This document shows, one piece after another, positions 35,334 through 52,623 of a DNA stretch of 64,000 bases; position 1 is the first letter of the stretch, and the number at the start of each line of letters is the position of its first letter. The stretch is from Pelomyxa schiedti (Eukaryota > Protista > Evosea). Location: positions 62,001-126,000 of the forward strand of contig JAHLWZ010000810.1 in NCBI GenBank assembly GCA_020536535.1, read 5' to 3'. A program made the translations under genes and the position numbers. The notes below the pieces were generated by a model. The model searched no databases and was not told where the DNA came from. It saw nothing but the letters and a program-made list of their open reading frames with translations.

Positions 35334-36997
35334 TCAGAGTGAAGCTTTTATTTTGCCCAAAATGGAGGCAGCGTTGGCCTTGGGAGTGTACTGAGTACGA
35401 TTGGAGGTGTCTGAAGAAGACAAGGGGAGGGGAGGTGGTACACAGTCTATGGATGAATCCACCAGCCATTGGGCCCAGCAGTAGGGTCTCCCCACTTCGC
35501 AGTTGGTGAAGTCAAGGTCCCTGTTGGTTGGTGAGGGACATGGACAAGGGAGGAAAGGGGGTAATTGAGGGGGATAGGTAGATAGATAGATACCTTGGTG
35601 CGATGTATCTGGTAGAAATGCTGGGAGATGTTACTCCGTCGTCTCCTTCAAAGAGGGATAAAAGAAGTGGAATGTGGGATTGGTGTGTTGGCCTAACGGT
35701 GATAAGGTGCAGGTGCTGCAGGTAGTGAAATTCGATTGAGAATGGTTGCTCTAGAACAGCAGGTCTAAGGAGGAAGTATGTTGGAGGAGACTTACTTGAA
35801 TTGTTCTGAGTGTTATAAGACAGCAGCAGATACAGAGGGTGGGCTGTGTAAATGGATTCCGGGGTGATGGGTTCAGCAGTAAAAACTCGAATTGGATTTT
35901 TAGTAACTTTTTTCGAAGTGCCCTCTATTGGTTTTTTAGAATAAAAATTTCACATTTTTGGGATAATACCTCTACTTTGAAGGGTCAGGGGAGTGGAGAC
36001 GTCACCGAGAATATCTATCTGAAACTGGTTTTCTACGAGGCTATATTAGTGCTACTCAACATGAAAGCTACTTATTGCTTTAAAGGTGGGGGAAGTAGTA
36101 TTACCGAAATGTGTTTTCGTTGCAACAAGGAAATTCTTTGCCAAAATGTACAAAGGAGTGGGAAGTAAATTGATCTTTGGGTCTTGGGGTGTGTTGAAAT
36201 CACTTATGCCTTTTATAAATGGTCGTATTTGATCACATGTCTAGATTGAAGTATAAATAAACGAACAAGTTATGGAGTTTAGATCTACTTTCTGAATGGG
36301 GGTAAGGCGGGACTGTAAACTTTCCAAAGTTTTCATTTTTGAAGCACGCTGTTCCGAGAGTGCTTTCACTTTTGCCTTCAGCGATTGTATTTTTTCTTGC
36401 TGCCTATCAGAAGTGCAAGATAAGGCTTTCAGTTTTCAGATAGCGGAGGGGATACGTTTTTCGTAGCTGAAGTTCAAAAGCGAGTCTGCATAAATTAAGC
36501 TGGTGGTCGTGGTCTGGCGAGAGAGGGTTCAAAGAGGCGCGCATAGTAGCAGAAGCATTTTGCAAAAAGAAGTCCATACTGACAAGAGAAACTTCAATGT
36601 TGTTTCTAGTAGCATGTTAGTGGTGGGGTCGTGCCAAAAAAAAAAAAATTACTGTGAGAGTTTGGCACACACATGGACGACATCCAAGGGATGGCACGTG
36701 CTTCTGATTTCAGGTGGTCACGCTTGTAGTGTGCCTTGGCGCATGTCAAGGCAGTACTGTCAGACTGGGCTTTTGCTGCTTGTACATCCGCGTCAGCCTT
36801 CGTGACTTCGTGCTCCAACTGCACTGGATTAACCACACGGTGTTCACCAGAAAACAACAACCCACTTTGTGCGCGAGTGCCTTGAGTCGTAAAACCAAAG
36901 CCGTGGCTTGAGCACAACAGCCACTGGGCGGAGGCGAAAACAGCAACCCTCGCAGCGACGATATCACATCCTGTGCCGCACTGTTACAGGGGTGCAT
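35334..36997 (-). CDS. THOC5: THO complex subunit 5 (THOC5/FMIP) homolog; mostly missed by the ORF track
   Basis: Spliced product contains 'RLAFELQLRK', 'LPTPLYIL', 'IYTAHPL', 'IEFHYL', 'LFEGDDG' and 'GRPYCWAQWL', in THOC5 motif order. TGA at 35334-35336. Confidence 0.75.
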
Positions 36998-37350
36998 GGG
37001 AAAAAAACTAACAATGAAAAAGGGGGGAAAAAAAAGTTCACGGTGGCGGGTGTACGGTAATTAAACACACTGCTAACACGGGAGAAACAATTGTGCATAA
37101 GAGTAATGTGCATCTATACAAGGAGGAAATACGATGAAGGGTGACTTTGGTGGAACTGCCTCGTTTATTAATTAGTTCTATGGAATGATGCTTGGCGACA
37201 TGCCGAATTCGTCATGACCGGGGGTTGGTGTCAAGATTAGTCTATTTGTTGGCACTAGTTGCCTGCTACGTGGTGTTAATAATAATGTAATCCTGAGATC
37301 TCATTTTATTGTCAAAAACCAACCAACCAGCCCTTGATCTCGAGACACCC

Positions 37351-39690
37351 ATGAGCAGGCTCTGTTGTATCATTGTCGTCGTTACGGCAGCGATGGTTCT
37401 TGGAAGTGATGTTACAAGGCCTATGACCAGTACACTCTCTGTTTCTTTGAGAAAGATATCTCCGTCTCTGTGTGCACCAGGTGCCAAGGAAGCTGACATG
37501 ACGTTATCAAATTACATGAATGGTACGTTTTCCCCGGCCGATACTCTCTTTTTTTGACCGTATTCCACAGCACAGTACTTTGGAGAAATCGGGATTGGTA
37601 CACCTTCTCAAGTCTTTCGTGTTGTACCTGATACTGGATCAAGGTATGACTGTAGTAATGTTCGTGGTTTAACTTAAGATAGCAATTTGTGGATTCCGAG
37701 CTCGCATTGCTTCTGGTAGTACTTTGGAAGTCTTAAAATAGGTCTAACTTATGTAGGCCTCCTTGTCTTATGCATCATCAATATCATCACGATCATTCCT
37801 CGACTTTCCTTGGTTGGTTATCTTTCATCTGACATATAAAATACCAACGATTTTTATTGCAGCCAACGGTACTGAATTTCAGATTGCTTATGGGACAAGA
37901 GGTAATTTGTGTGCAACTTATTCATTCAACTTGTGATTTCGATGCAGGAAGACTGAAAGGTTACCTCAGTGAGGATACAGTCTCAGTGGGTGAGATTGCT
38001 GTGATCAATCAGGTAATAACAAGTCTTGCGTTCTCCCCCGACTTACCTTTAACAGACATTTGCTGAAGTAATTCGCCTTTTTTTCTTTTTATGCCCATTC
38101 TGATTTCTTTCATATACAAACAGTTAACTACACTTATTGGAATAAAGTAATGGTACTCTGCCGAAAAATGATATCTAACAAGACTCCTAGTTTTCTTCTT
38201 GCAAAGTTTGATGGGATACTTGGTAAGCCAGTTTTGGGTCTGGGTTATGTCCAATACCTAAAAAAGGAGTTGGATTTCCTGAAATTTCTGTTGATGGAGT
38301 GCCTACTTTGTGGCAAAGCATGATGAATCAGCATCTAATTGATCAACCTGTGATATCGTTTTATTTCAGCAAGTTGACATCCCCTCCTCTTGTCCATTCT
38401 AACTTTTCAAAGTGATCTGACAAGCAAAGAAGCCGTATCGCTGTCTATACTTCCCTTTAATATGTTCATTTTTTCTATTCTGTATAGGGAGGTGAAATGT
38501 TGATCGGTGGTTTGTCAACATCACATTTCAAAGGAGAAATCGCTTACACGTGTGCCTGTTTTGAATGCTGTCTTTTCCATCTCATTTGTAACAGACCCGT
38601 CACAAGAAAGGCCTACTGGCAAGTCAAGGCAACTGATATGAAGATTGGGGAGGTTGTCAAGTCTGCCTTTTTTTTCGTTTAACGCTTTTCTGCTAGACAT
38701 CTCTATGTGTCGACAAGGACTGCCAGGCAATCATCGGTATGTGTAGGCTCTTAGCATTGTACCCTGACAAAGTGGATAGATACCGGTACCTCACTTATAG
38801 GCGGCCCGAAGGACGCCATTGATTTGATTCATAAGGTACCTCTAACTCAACAGTATTTTTTCACATTAATATGTTGCAGTCGCTGAATGTGTCGGGAAAA
38901 CCGTATGGTAAATACATCTCGCTTTGCCTCATGTGTTAATACTTGTGCAGTATCGCCATGTGCCGCTATTGTCAACAGGAAAGGACCACAGATTGCTAAA
39001 ATGATAGCCCACACCCAATTCCTAGAAGTGACCCTTTAACCCATGCATTAATTGGAGCTCACCATCTAAGCAGGATATTTGCACTACAATTGGATTGTGT
39101 CCTAATACTAGATTTTGCCCCACTTGCGAATCGTGCGCATTCACTCCTGAGCAATACGAAGACTTATACTTTGCTAGGATAATCTCATGGTTAAATGCTG
39201 AAGGCTCTCCCGAGGAAAGATCAGTGAAGAACATTCTCGCCTCTATGCAACAGTTTTGCTCTGCAAACTCAATAGTGAGTACCTTCATACAAGACTCGTT
39301 CATCTTACCTTGTTTCGCTAGACCCCACCTGGAATCGTGACAGTGCCATGTGAACAAATTCCTGTATTGCCTGATTTTACAGTGTCTTTTGCAGGCACAC
39401 CATCTTTCAGCCTGGTCAGTTCCCACCAACGCAACACCACCACTAACGTGTACACAGAAGGCAGAAGACTATATCCTTCAACTCCAAGAGGGAACCAAAA
39501 CCGTATGTCTCAGTGGATTCATGGCTTTTGATTTTGGAGAGCATGACCCCCTATGGTTCCATTCTACTCGACATGTAACTTTCCTCACAATATCCACCCT
39601 AGGCTTCTTGGAGATGTGTTTTTACGTAAGTACTACACGGTGTTCGACTTTGGGCAGGCCAGAGTGGGTTTCGCTCCGAGTGCCCCGTAA
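37351..39690 (+). CDS. Pepsin-family (A1) aspartic protease, cathepsin D/phytepsin-like, with a saposin-like insert
   Basis: Signal peptide, '[13 protein letters not shown]...DTGSSNLW', 'FDGILG', 'AIIDTGTS' and '[15 protein letters not shown]'. A six-Cys insert lies at about 38950-39330. Confidence 0.93.
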
Positions 39691-39804
39691 GGGTAGGTTG
39701 GGTTACTCTCACATCAATGGAATTGATGGAGAAATAGCAAAAAGAAAATAGAATTTCTTTCTATTACAGTTGTGTTCGCCGCGATATTTGCGGAAAATAA
39801 GGCA

Positions 39805-41501
39805 ATGTCGGGACGCAGCGGTAGCGCCACGATGGAGCACTTGATCGAACTACAAAAATGTTGGTGTTTCACCCCCTTCACTAGATTAATCTGTTGTTTG
39901 TTGCCGATTCGTTGGATGTAACGTTACGGTCACCAACAACCAACAAACACAAATAAAGGGGTCGAAGATGTTCTCGACCAAAACAACGCACTCGAATACG
40001 CCTCTGGTGCAGAAGACCCCAACGAAACCGACGACGAGGACCCCTTCGCCTTCCTCTCGGACGACAACAGCACCACCACCGCCAACAGCAGCAGCAGCGA
40101 CGACAAGAACGCCGTATCGCCACAACCCAAGAAGCGGCGCGTGGACGAGGCATCAGCAGACTCGGCCTCGGCCGCGGCTTCGTCCTCCCCCGGCACACTC
40201 ATAAAGAAGGAGGAAGACGACGCCGGCGGTGACGCCGAAGCCGAAGCCGAGGCCGCCGCGCCGCTCTCGCCGCCGCCGACGCCCGTGAGATCCACGGCGG
40301 CGGCCGCCGCGGCCGTGGCGAGCCAGGGCGGCTCATACAACGTGCTGCTCAACAGGCTCAAGGACAAAATAGCGCGGGTCCACGAGGAGGAAATGAATTG
40401 TGGGGTGCGGGACCAGGAGCACAACAGGCAAGTGATCGAGAAGTGGAAGGAGTACCACGTCCGCAAGGCCCAGGCCATCGCCGATGGGCTGCCGATTCCG
40501 CCCGAACCGGTGTTTCCGCAGTCCAGGAAGTCGCTCAAGAAAGAGTCCACTCTCGCTACCAAGGACAGGATCCTTCACCCCGGGGGCCCTACACCGTGGC
40601 AAATGAGAAGAGCAAACTTTGGAAGCGGAAGCGGAAGCTTTGGGAGTGGAAACTTTGGTGGCAGTGGAGGTGGAGGAGCTTACCAGCACATACAGAATTC
40701 CCGTAGTCCTCACCAAGCGCGATTTCCTGCTCGTGAAGCAGAGTACGAACGGCCAAAGGTTTGGCTTGTGCTAGTTTTCATTCTAAACAGTAACTGCTAT
40801 GTTTTATTGAAACTCCTCTCTGGCTTTTTATAATTCTTATTTTTGTTCTTACTCTGTTTAATACTCAGAGCACTGTTATTTATAATGCGTTGGACTTTGG
40901 GGACAAACCTGACGATGCTGCTCCAAATACACCCAAACGAGCAAAACCAAAAAAACTCTTACAAAAAGCTCTTGCAACTGAAAAGAAATTGCGGGCAATG
41001 CCAGAGGAAGAAAGAAGAGCGGTTTCACCTTTCTCAAGATGTGTTGCATAACTCATGAATGATCAACAGGAGGAAAACAAAATGGAATGGAACAAAGCTA
41101 TCAAGAAATCTAAAGGAGAGCGAGTATACGAGAGCACCGGCGCACTCATGAGAAAAGTAAACAAGGATTTGAAACAAAAAGTACATAGTGCAAAGAAATG
41201 GTGTGTTTCCTTCTTGAATGTAGAACGCAGTTTGTCTAATGATGCACTAGGGCCGAACGAGACCGCCACCTTCAAGAGTCCATGGCTGAGCGGCAACAAG
41301 CCAGAACACAACGGGTAACAGACAAAAAAACTAGTTCTACAACAAAATCACCCAAGGTATACATCCCAAACCTTATGCAGTTGAACCTACAACAAACACA
41401 AAAACCAACAAAAACAAAATTTTCTCATCAACACCCAGAAACCCAATAACTTGAGGAGGCCCGGCTTCGAGGGAAAAAGACGCCAGTTCCTCAACAGATA
41501 A
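39805..41501 (+). CDS. SURF6: SURF6/Rrp14 nucleolar protein
   Basis: Motifs 'WNKAIKKSKGERV', 'KKWAER' and C-terminal 'RRPGFEGK'. The start is inferred by splicing. Confidence 0.8.
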
Positions 41502-41677
41502 CTTTTCACAAAAGGGAAATTTGAAATGCTATTTGGCCTATTCATTTTATTTTGACGTTTGTTTCTGATAATTCAAGTTTATTCAAGTAGTGCATCGCAT
41601 TCTTCTTTTCCACAAACATCAAACAAATAAAAAAACCTGCCTGCGGCAGATCTGTGGGGGTACCGAAGGCAAGCGGA

Positions 41678-43667
41678 ATGGGATCTTGTGGTTCGCACAC
41701 GAGAGCGTGTGTGGCAGTGAGAGTCTATGTTGGCGCATTTAACACAACAACAGAAGAAAGAACTTGAAATTCGTTGTTTCACCTAGTGGTGGCGACTACC
41801 GCACTCTTGCTGATGGTTTGTTACACTTTCTTTTCGTATGATCGGGGACGTTTTACTGAAAGGGGAAACAAAAAAAAAATGAAGCTGTGGCGAATAGCCC
41901 CGCTGGCGCCAGAATCACTGTAAAACCCGGCACATATGATGAAAAGCGGGATGTACATATCGACAAACCGTTGAACATCACTGGCACAGATGGCGCCACC
42001 ATAAATGGGAACATTGTAATTAACCTTAGCTCTGATGTGGGAAAAACAGAAAGGTGTGCCAGAATTTTCTCGTATTCATGGGAAAATACTAACTTAAAAA
42101 CAGAGTAGTTATAGAAACTTTGGCTCTGACCTGTAGCCGTAGTATACCAGCCGTCCACATCACTTCTGGACAAGCTATGCTTGTTTCATGTACAATATCA
42201 GGTAAGGCGTTGTGTACACGCCAAGAACCTCACACTCCTAAGGTGGGAAAGATGGACTCGCAGTCCAGGGCAGAAACGGATTTCCCGTACTGCATGCTTG
42301 CTCCATCGTTTCCGCAGAGCGTGCTAGTGTCGTTTTCAGTGATCATGCACAAGGTCAGTTGCATCATTGCATTCTATCCGGTTCCGCTACTGTAACTCTG
42401 CTCCTTTACTGGTATAATTATTGATACCCAACCTCAGGGCATCATCATTGAAAGTGAATCTGAGCCCCTTTTTTTCAACTGTAGTATCACACACTGCGGT
42501 ACTGGAATGCATGCTCGTGAAAGTGCCAAGGGTTACTTCACCAACTGTACATTTGAACACAATAACAAGCCAGGGGTACTTGTGACCACAAGGGCAAATC
42601 CAGTTCTAGACCATTGTAGCATAGGGGCTGGTGAGAGCAATGGCATCTTCGTGCGCGACGAAGGCATGGGAATATTTACCGTATGTGAGATTTGGGGCAA
42701 TGCTCTCCCAGGAGTGGCAACGTGCACAGGAGGTGACCCGATTGTCAGTGGATGCATTGTACGGGATGGCAGAAACGCTGGAATTTTGGTATATGATAGT
42801 GGAAGGGGTGTTGTCAATGGCTGCATGGTCAGACAGAACATTATGCCTGGTGTTGAAGTGCGAGCAGGAGGCAATCCCGTAATTAATTCCTGCTCAATTT
42901 TTAAAGGAGACAGCAATGGCGTCTATGTTCACAATAGGGGATGCGGACTCTTCAATTCCTGCAGCATATACGAGAATGTATTACCTGGGGTCGCAGTGCG
43001 CACAAGTGGCATGCCTATACTTGTGGGCAGCAAATTAACCACTGGCAAAGACAACGCTGTGTTGATCTGCGATCGTGGCCGCGGGGCCTTTATTCAATGT
43101 GAATTGATTGGATATAGCACACGACCTATGGAAGTCAGGGACGGGTGCACACCATTTTTACATGAATGTGTCACCCATGATGGCAAACATGCCACAGTTT
43201 TACAATGGCTGGAGCAAATTCCTCTCCATTCCATGACTGACCCGGACCCATTTCAGCCATACACCGGAAGCAGTTTTATCCCAACACCTTCCAATTTGGG
43301 GCTCAGTGGTGGTGATACCATACTCAGCAGCAAAGTGGAGATAGGAGTTGGCCCAGCACCGTGGGCAGCAAGTGACAGTGGTGGCGTGGGGCCTAATGGA
43401 GCTACAGTGAGCACTGGAGTTGGATTACCTCCTGGAAGCAACTGTAATATTGTGGAACTAAATGTAGATGCCTCTGCAACAACTAAACAAGCAACACCAC
43501 ATCAGCCCACACCAGAAAGTCACCCTACAGACACTCAAGATGAACCTTCTCCAGAGCACCCAACCACCACGGAGGCTCCACTCTGCCTCACAACCACCAA
43601 ACAACCGGCTGAACGGCGTTCGTCCATTGCCTCCCTCTCCGAAGAATTTGAAAACCAAGGTATATAA
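41678..43667 (+). CDS. Right-handed parallel beta-helix (pectin lyase-like, FBXO11-type repeats) protein with an acylation-type N-terminus
   Basis: Spliced start MGSCGSH..., 'GDYRTLADAVANSPAGARITVKPGTY', and repeated units of the type 'N..PGV.V..GGNP...C.I..G..NG..V...G.G'. Confidence 0.8.
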
Positions 43668-43772
43668 TTAAAAAATGTTTCATATGTAAAAACAAATGGT
43701 GCTGTTTGGCACTCTTTAATTACTTGAGTGTTTTTCTCTTTTGTTGATGGATTTGGTGTCAGGGAGAAACAT

Positions 43773-48498
<4,726 letters not shown>

Positions 48499-48621
48499 TC
48501 TGAGAGTGATGTAGTGCGGACAAGGTGAGGCACGGTGGGTGGGATGTGCTGAAGAATGTCCAAATGGCCAATCAAACGTGGAAGCGGAAGACAGGGAAAA
48601 AAAAAAAAAAGAAAAAGAAAA

Positions 48622-49702
48622 ATGAGCAGTATCGGTACCGGGGTACGTGTCTGCGACACTTGGATCTTAACACTCACTTGTTGTTTTTTTTATGTACAGT
48701 ATGATCTGTCATGCACGACGTTTTCCCCAGACGGGCGTGTTTTCCAGGTGGAGTATGCAACCAAGGCTGTGGACAACAGTGGCACAGCAATAGGACTGCG
48801 TGTTCGTGACGGCGTCGTGTTGGGCGTGGAGAAGTTGATTTTGTCAAAGATGCTGGTTGAGGGGTCCAACAGACGCGTGCTTACTGTTGACGAGAATATT
48901 GGAGTGGTAAGCCCTCCATCTTATTGCTTTTTCTTTTTATTTTCATGCCTCTCTTTTCTCTTTTGTTCTTGAAATTCCTTTTTGAAAAACATAACAAAAA
49001 ATACATGACAGGCATTTGCGGGACTTTCTGCAGATGCTAGAATGTTGGTCAAGAGGTGCCGTACTGAGGCTTCTGGTTACAGAGACTTTTATGGTTCACC
49101 AATCCCTGTATCTTCCTCCGACATGCAACTTCATTCTAAGTGATGTAGACCCATGTATTGTCTGACAGAATTAGTGGCTATGTTCAAGCACATACACTAT
49201 ATGCACACCTTCGACCATTCGGTTGTGCACTTTTGATTGCTGGGTACGACGCCAAGGGCCCACAATTATTCGCTGTTGAGCCCTCTGGATTATCTTGGGT
49301 ACTCTCCCACAATTTTCTTACTCACTTAATTGCGGTGCAGGGTTTCTATGGTTGTGCTATTGGGAAGGGGAAACAAGCCTGTAAGACTGAAATTGAAAAA
49401 TTGCGACTGTCGGCCATGACATGTAGGGAGGCTATTGTGGAAGTTGCCCGCATGTATGTTTCATCTTATACGGGAAATAAATCACGCGAACCACTTAAAC
49501 ACAAATTACACTTCCGAGTACAAGCTCATTCACACGCAGAATCCAATTGGCACATGATGATAGCAAAGAAAAGACTTACGAACTGGACTTGAGTTGGGTG
49601 TGTGACGAATCCAATCACATGCATCAAGCAGTTCCAGCTGCCCTCAAAGCAGAAGCCATCGCCAAGGCAAAACAAGCTGTTGAAGAGGCTATGGGCGAGT
49701 AA
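48622..49702 (+). CDS. PSMA3: 20S proteasome subunit alpha type-3 (alpha7)
   Basis: Spliced [27 protein letters not shown], 'RPFGC', '[14 protein letters not shown]' and 'ELDLSWV'. Confidence 0.96.
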
Positions 49703-49781
49703 AAAAAACAGTGTTGCTTTTTTACCAGAACGTCACTTTTTTTTCGCTTGTGCGAATTCTTCCTTAAAAGAAATTTCGCGA

Positions 49782-52477
49782 ATGAGCTACCGGCGACTGA
49801 AGGGCGACGAGGCCGATGACAACCACTCAGGGAAAGGACTGCCGGCTACGAAGATGAGGGGTAGAAGGATGGCCGGGGGCACGCATGACAAAGCGGATGC
49901 GGACGGAAATGGGGAGCTACTGGACATCGACGAGGAAGACGACAGGGGCCGAGGGACGGCTGTTGGTAAGACACCAAAGAGGAGCCGAGACGACGAGGGC
50001 TCGAGATCGGGGAGCCCAGCAGCGGCCAGGGCTGCCAAGCCAAAGAGGCGTGACGGCAGCGGCAGTGCCGCGGGTAGTGGCAAAACGGCAGGCACACGCA
50101 GCGGGGCGGGCAGGGAGGGCAAAGCAAAGGCAAAGGCAACGGGGTCGGCGAGGAGGAAAGGGAGTCCAACTGGGCACAGCAGCGACGACGGCGAACAAGG
50201 CGAAAAAGGAAGGAGGGGAACCCACAAGAAGGACGACAGCAATGAGGACGACAGCGAGAATGATGATGAGGATGAGGATGATGATGATGACGATGACGAT
50301 GACGAAGACGATGACGACGACGACGACGACGAGGACGAGGAGACAAAATCTAGTGATGAGAGTGAGGCACGAGATAGGGCCAACAGGAGAGGGAAGACAT
50401 CAGAGGACGTTTCACCAAAAGCCACCACCACCAACACGAGTGACAGGGGGAATAATGTATCTGCCTTTCACCTTTCGTTGTGTGCTACTCTTACCATTTG
50501 TAGACAAGGTGCAGGGAGTGCACAGCAAAGGATAAAAAAATACGCGTATCCACCTCCAACTCTTGTGTAGCTTAATTTTGTGAAGGTGCTGGAGAAGGAT
50601 CTTGAAAAAGCCTACGATGAAATTGATCTCCTCAAAACTGATGGGCGAGGTTTCCTCCAACAACTATTTTCTTTCTCTCACATTTGTTAGGTTCAGATCC
50701 TTCAAATTTAAGAAGAGACTTGCGAGAAACACTCCGGGAAAATAAAACCAATCTTGTTGAAATGAAGAAGCTGAAGGCTGAGTTAGCAAGTGTTTCAAGT
50801 GAGAAGTCTCAGCTAGAAGATGTAGGATTAATGTGAAATAACTTGTTCCTCACCCTTCTTGAGGACTATGATTCTCTCAAAGATACAAACGAAGAACTAG
50901 AGCGAGAACTTGAGCAATACAAACAGCAGATAAAGGAGTACAAGAGTGCATTATCGAGTCACAAGTCTAAGATGGCCAGCTCCCTCAAAGCAGATCAAGA
51001 TTCTCAAATCAAATTACAGGTAATTACTTGTTCAAGGTCATTTCTCACTGAAGAAAGGATGCAACTGAAGAATCAACAAAATATAAAGAAAGATTGGAAT
51101 GCCTGAGTTCTAAAAATACTGAACTGGAAACGAAACTCTCTGCTGTTGTACAAGATTGTTCTGCCATTATCGAGGAGTTGGACAAGTATCATTTGCTCTT
51201 CTAAGTGCACTTCTACATCTCCCTCACAGTATTAATACAGTGTAAAACTGGAACTTGTAACAGCGAACGAGAACCTTGAAACTCAAAAAACAATCAACAC
51301 AGAATGTACACCGATTACCTTCATCTTTATCAAGTTGAATATTGACAGTGAAGCGAGAAAATGAGCAACTTTCTCTTCGTCTTGAGAGTGCTGAGCAGCA
51401 ATTGCTCTTAGCAGACAGGGCAAATGAGGAATATTTTGAAGAAGTCAACCAAAAACTAGAGGAATATAAAGTAAGTTGCTGAAGCAAGAGGAAATGATCA
51501 ACCAAACTCAGGCATTTTCTGAAACCAAAGTAGCTCAATCAGAATCTACTACTCCCCTACCAAGCACCCGCAAGGTTGTTCCTTCAGAACCACTTCACAC
51601 AGTTGACCAACTGGTTGCAGCTTTAGAGCGGAAAGGTACTTTTATTCAAGTTCACACACTCAGTAAACCCTTTACAGATGTGGAATATGAGGGAAAATGC
51701 AAGGAATACGCCCAGCTGAAGACAGATTTCGAGTGTATCAGTTTGGAGCTTATGAATCTTGAGAAACAAGTTTCCAGCTTGAAACGTGCCAAAACCTCGA
51801 CTGCAACAAAGCCTCACCCACCCATGCCACAAGTGAGTGAATCTAAGGCAATGCATGATCTCAAAGAAAGGCATGCCCGAGAAATCGGTGATTTGGAACA
51901 GATGTATGAGCACACAAAATGACATTAATTATTATATGAGGGAACCACTGGAGCACGACACCCAGGTCAACACTTAAAACAAACACATAGACATTAGACT
52001 CAAAGAAGAGATGAAACGGTCTGAAGGCTATCAGCGAAGTCTCGTGGAAGTAAAAATGAAACTAAAGCAAATAGAAGAGGGTTCTATAGATATTACCCAA
52101 GCTCCATAACACCTTACACCATTCCAGAGGATGACGCCTTGAACCGTGCCAACCAAGAAGTACAGCACTTGAAGCTTCAAATAGGCTTCCGGGATGAAGA
52201 CATTAAACGGTACCTTCTCTAAACTCCTTGTACCTACCCCATTGTTCTGAAAATTGATAGGCTGAACGACGACTTAAACGCGGAGCTCAGAGTAACAGAT
52301 GACTTGCTTGCGGAAAATGAGAGATTAAAAGAGCTTCTTCAAACCAGCAAGGCCAAGACCAATCCAAAACCAAATGCACATTCAGCACAACCACTCAGGC
52401 ATTCCACTGGAGCAACAACCCCAACAACACCAACTAAACACCACCCACAACACTTGCATAACACAATGGCCTGGTAA
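49782..52477 (+). CDS. Coiled-coil protein with a basic/acidic low-complexity N-terminus
   Basis: GC-rich first exon with a poly-Asp tract, then E/K/L/Q-rich heptad exons; TAA at 52475-52477. No family recognised. Confidence 0.65.
50262..50340 (+). repeat. Coding (GAT/GAC)n microsatellite encoding a poly-Asp/Glu tract
   Basis: Direct reading of the sequence. Confidence 0.9.
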
Positions 52478-52623
52478 CCAAAACCTCAACATCACAAAGG
52501 GAGTCACCCTGCACTGTAAATATTTTGCTTGCATTGGCCCAACAAGGCAAAAATTCTTCCCTTTTTATTCTTTGATCTTTCGGTAATCACCAGAGTTTGT
52601 CCGTTTGGACCACCCAAACGTGA

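Noticed and set aside
36408-36455. U12-type (minor) introns suggested by GTATCC/GTATCT donors (THOC5, PSMA3, last bases of the window)
   Set aside because: None of the introns I reconstructed has the full GTATCCTT donor together with a TCCTTAAC branch site, and I saw no AT-AC intron. The matches fit the general donor degeneracy.
35334-36600. Apparent ORF-poor gap, or a frameshifted pseudogene
   Set aside because: It splices into an intact THOC5 reading frame on the minus strand.
49787-50535. Long antisense or alternative-frame ORFs (also 12611-13123, 22816-23486, 39930-40562, 47598-48377)
   Set aside because: These are shadow ORFs of GC-rich or low-complexity coding exons and carry no independent motifs.
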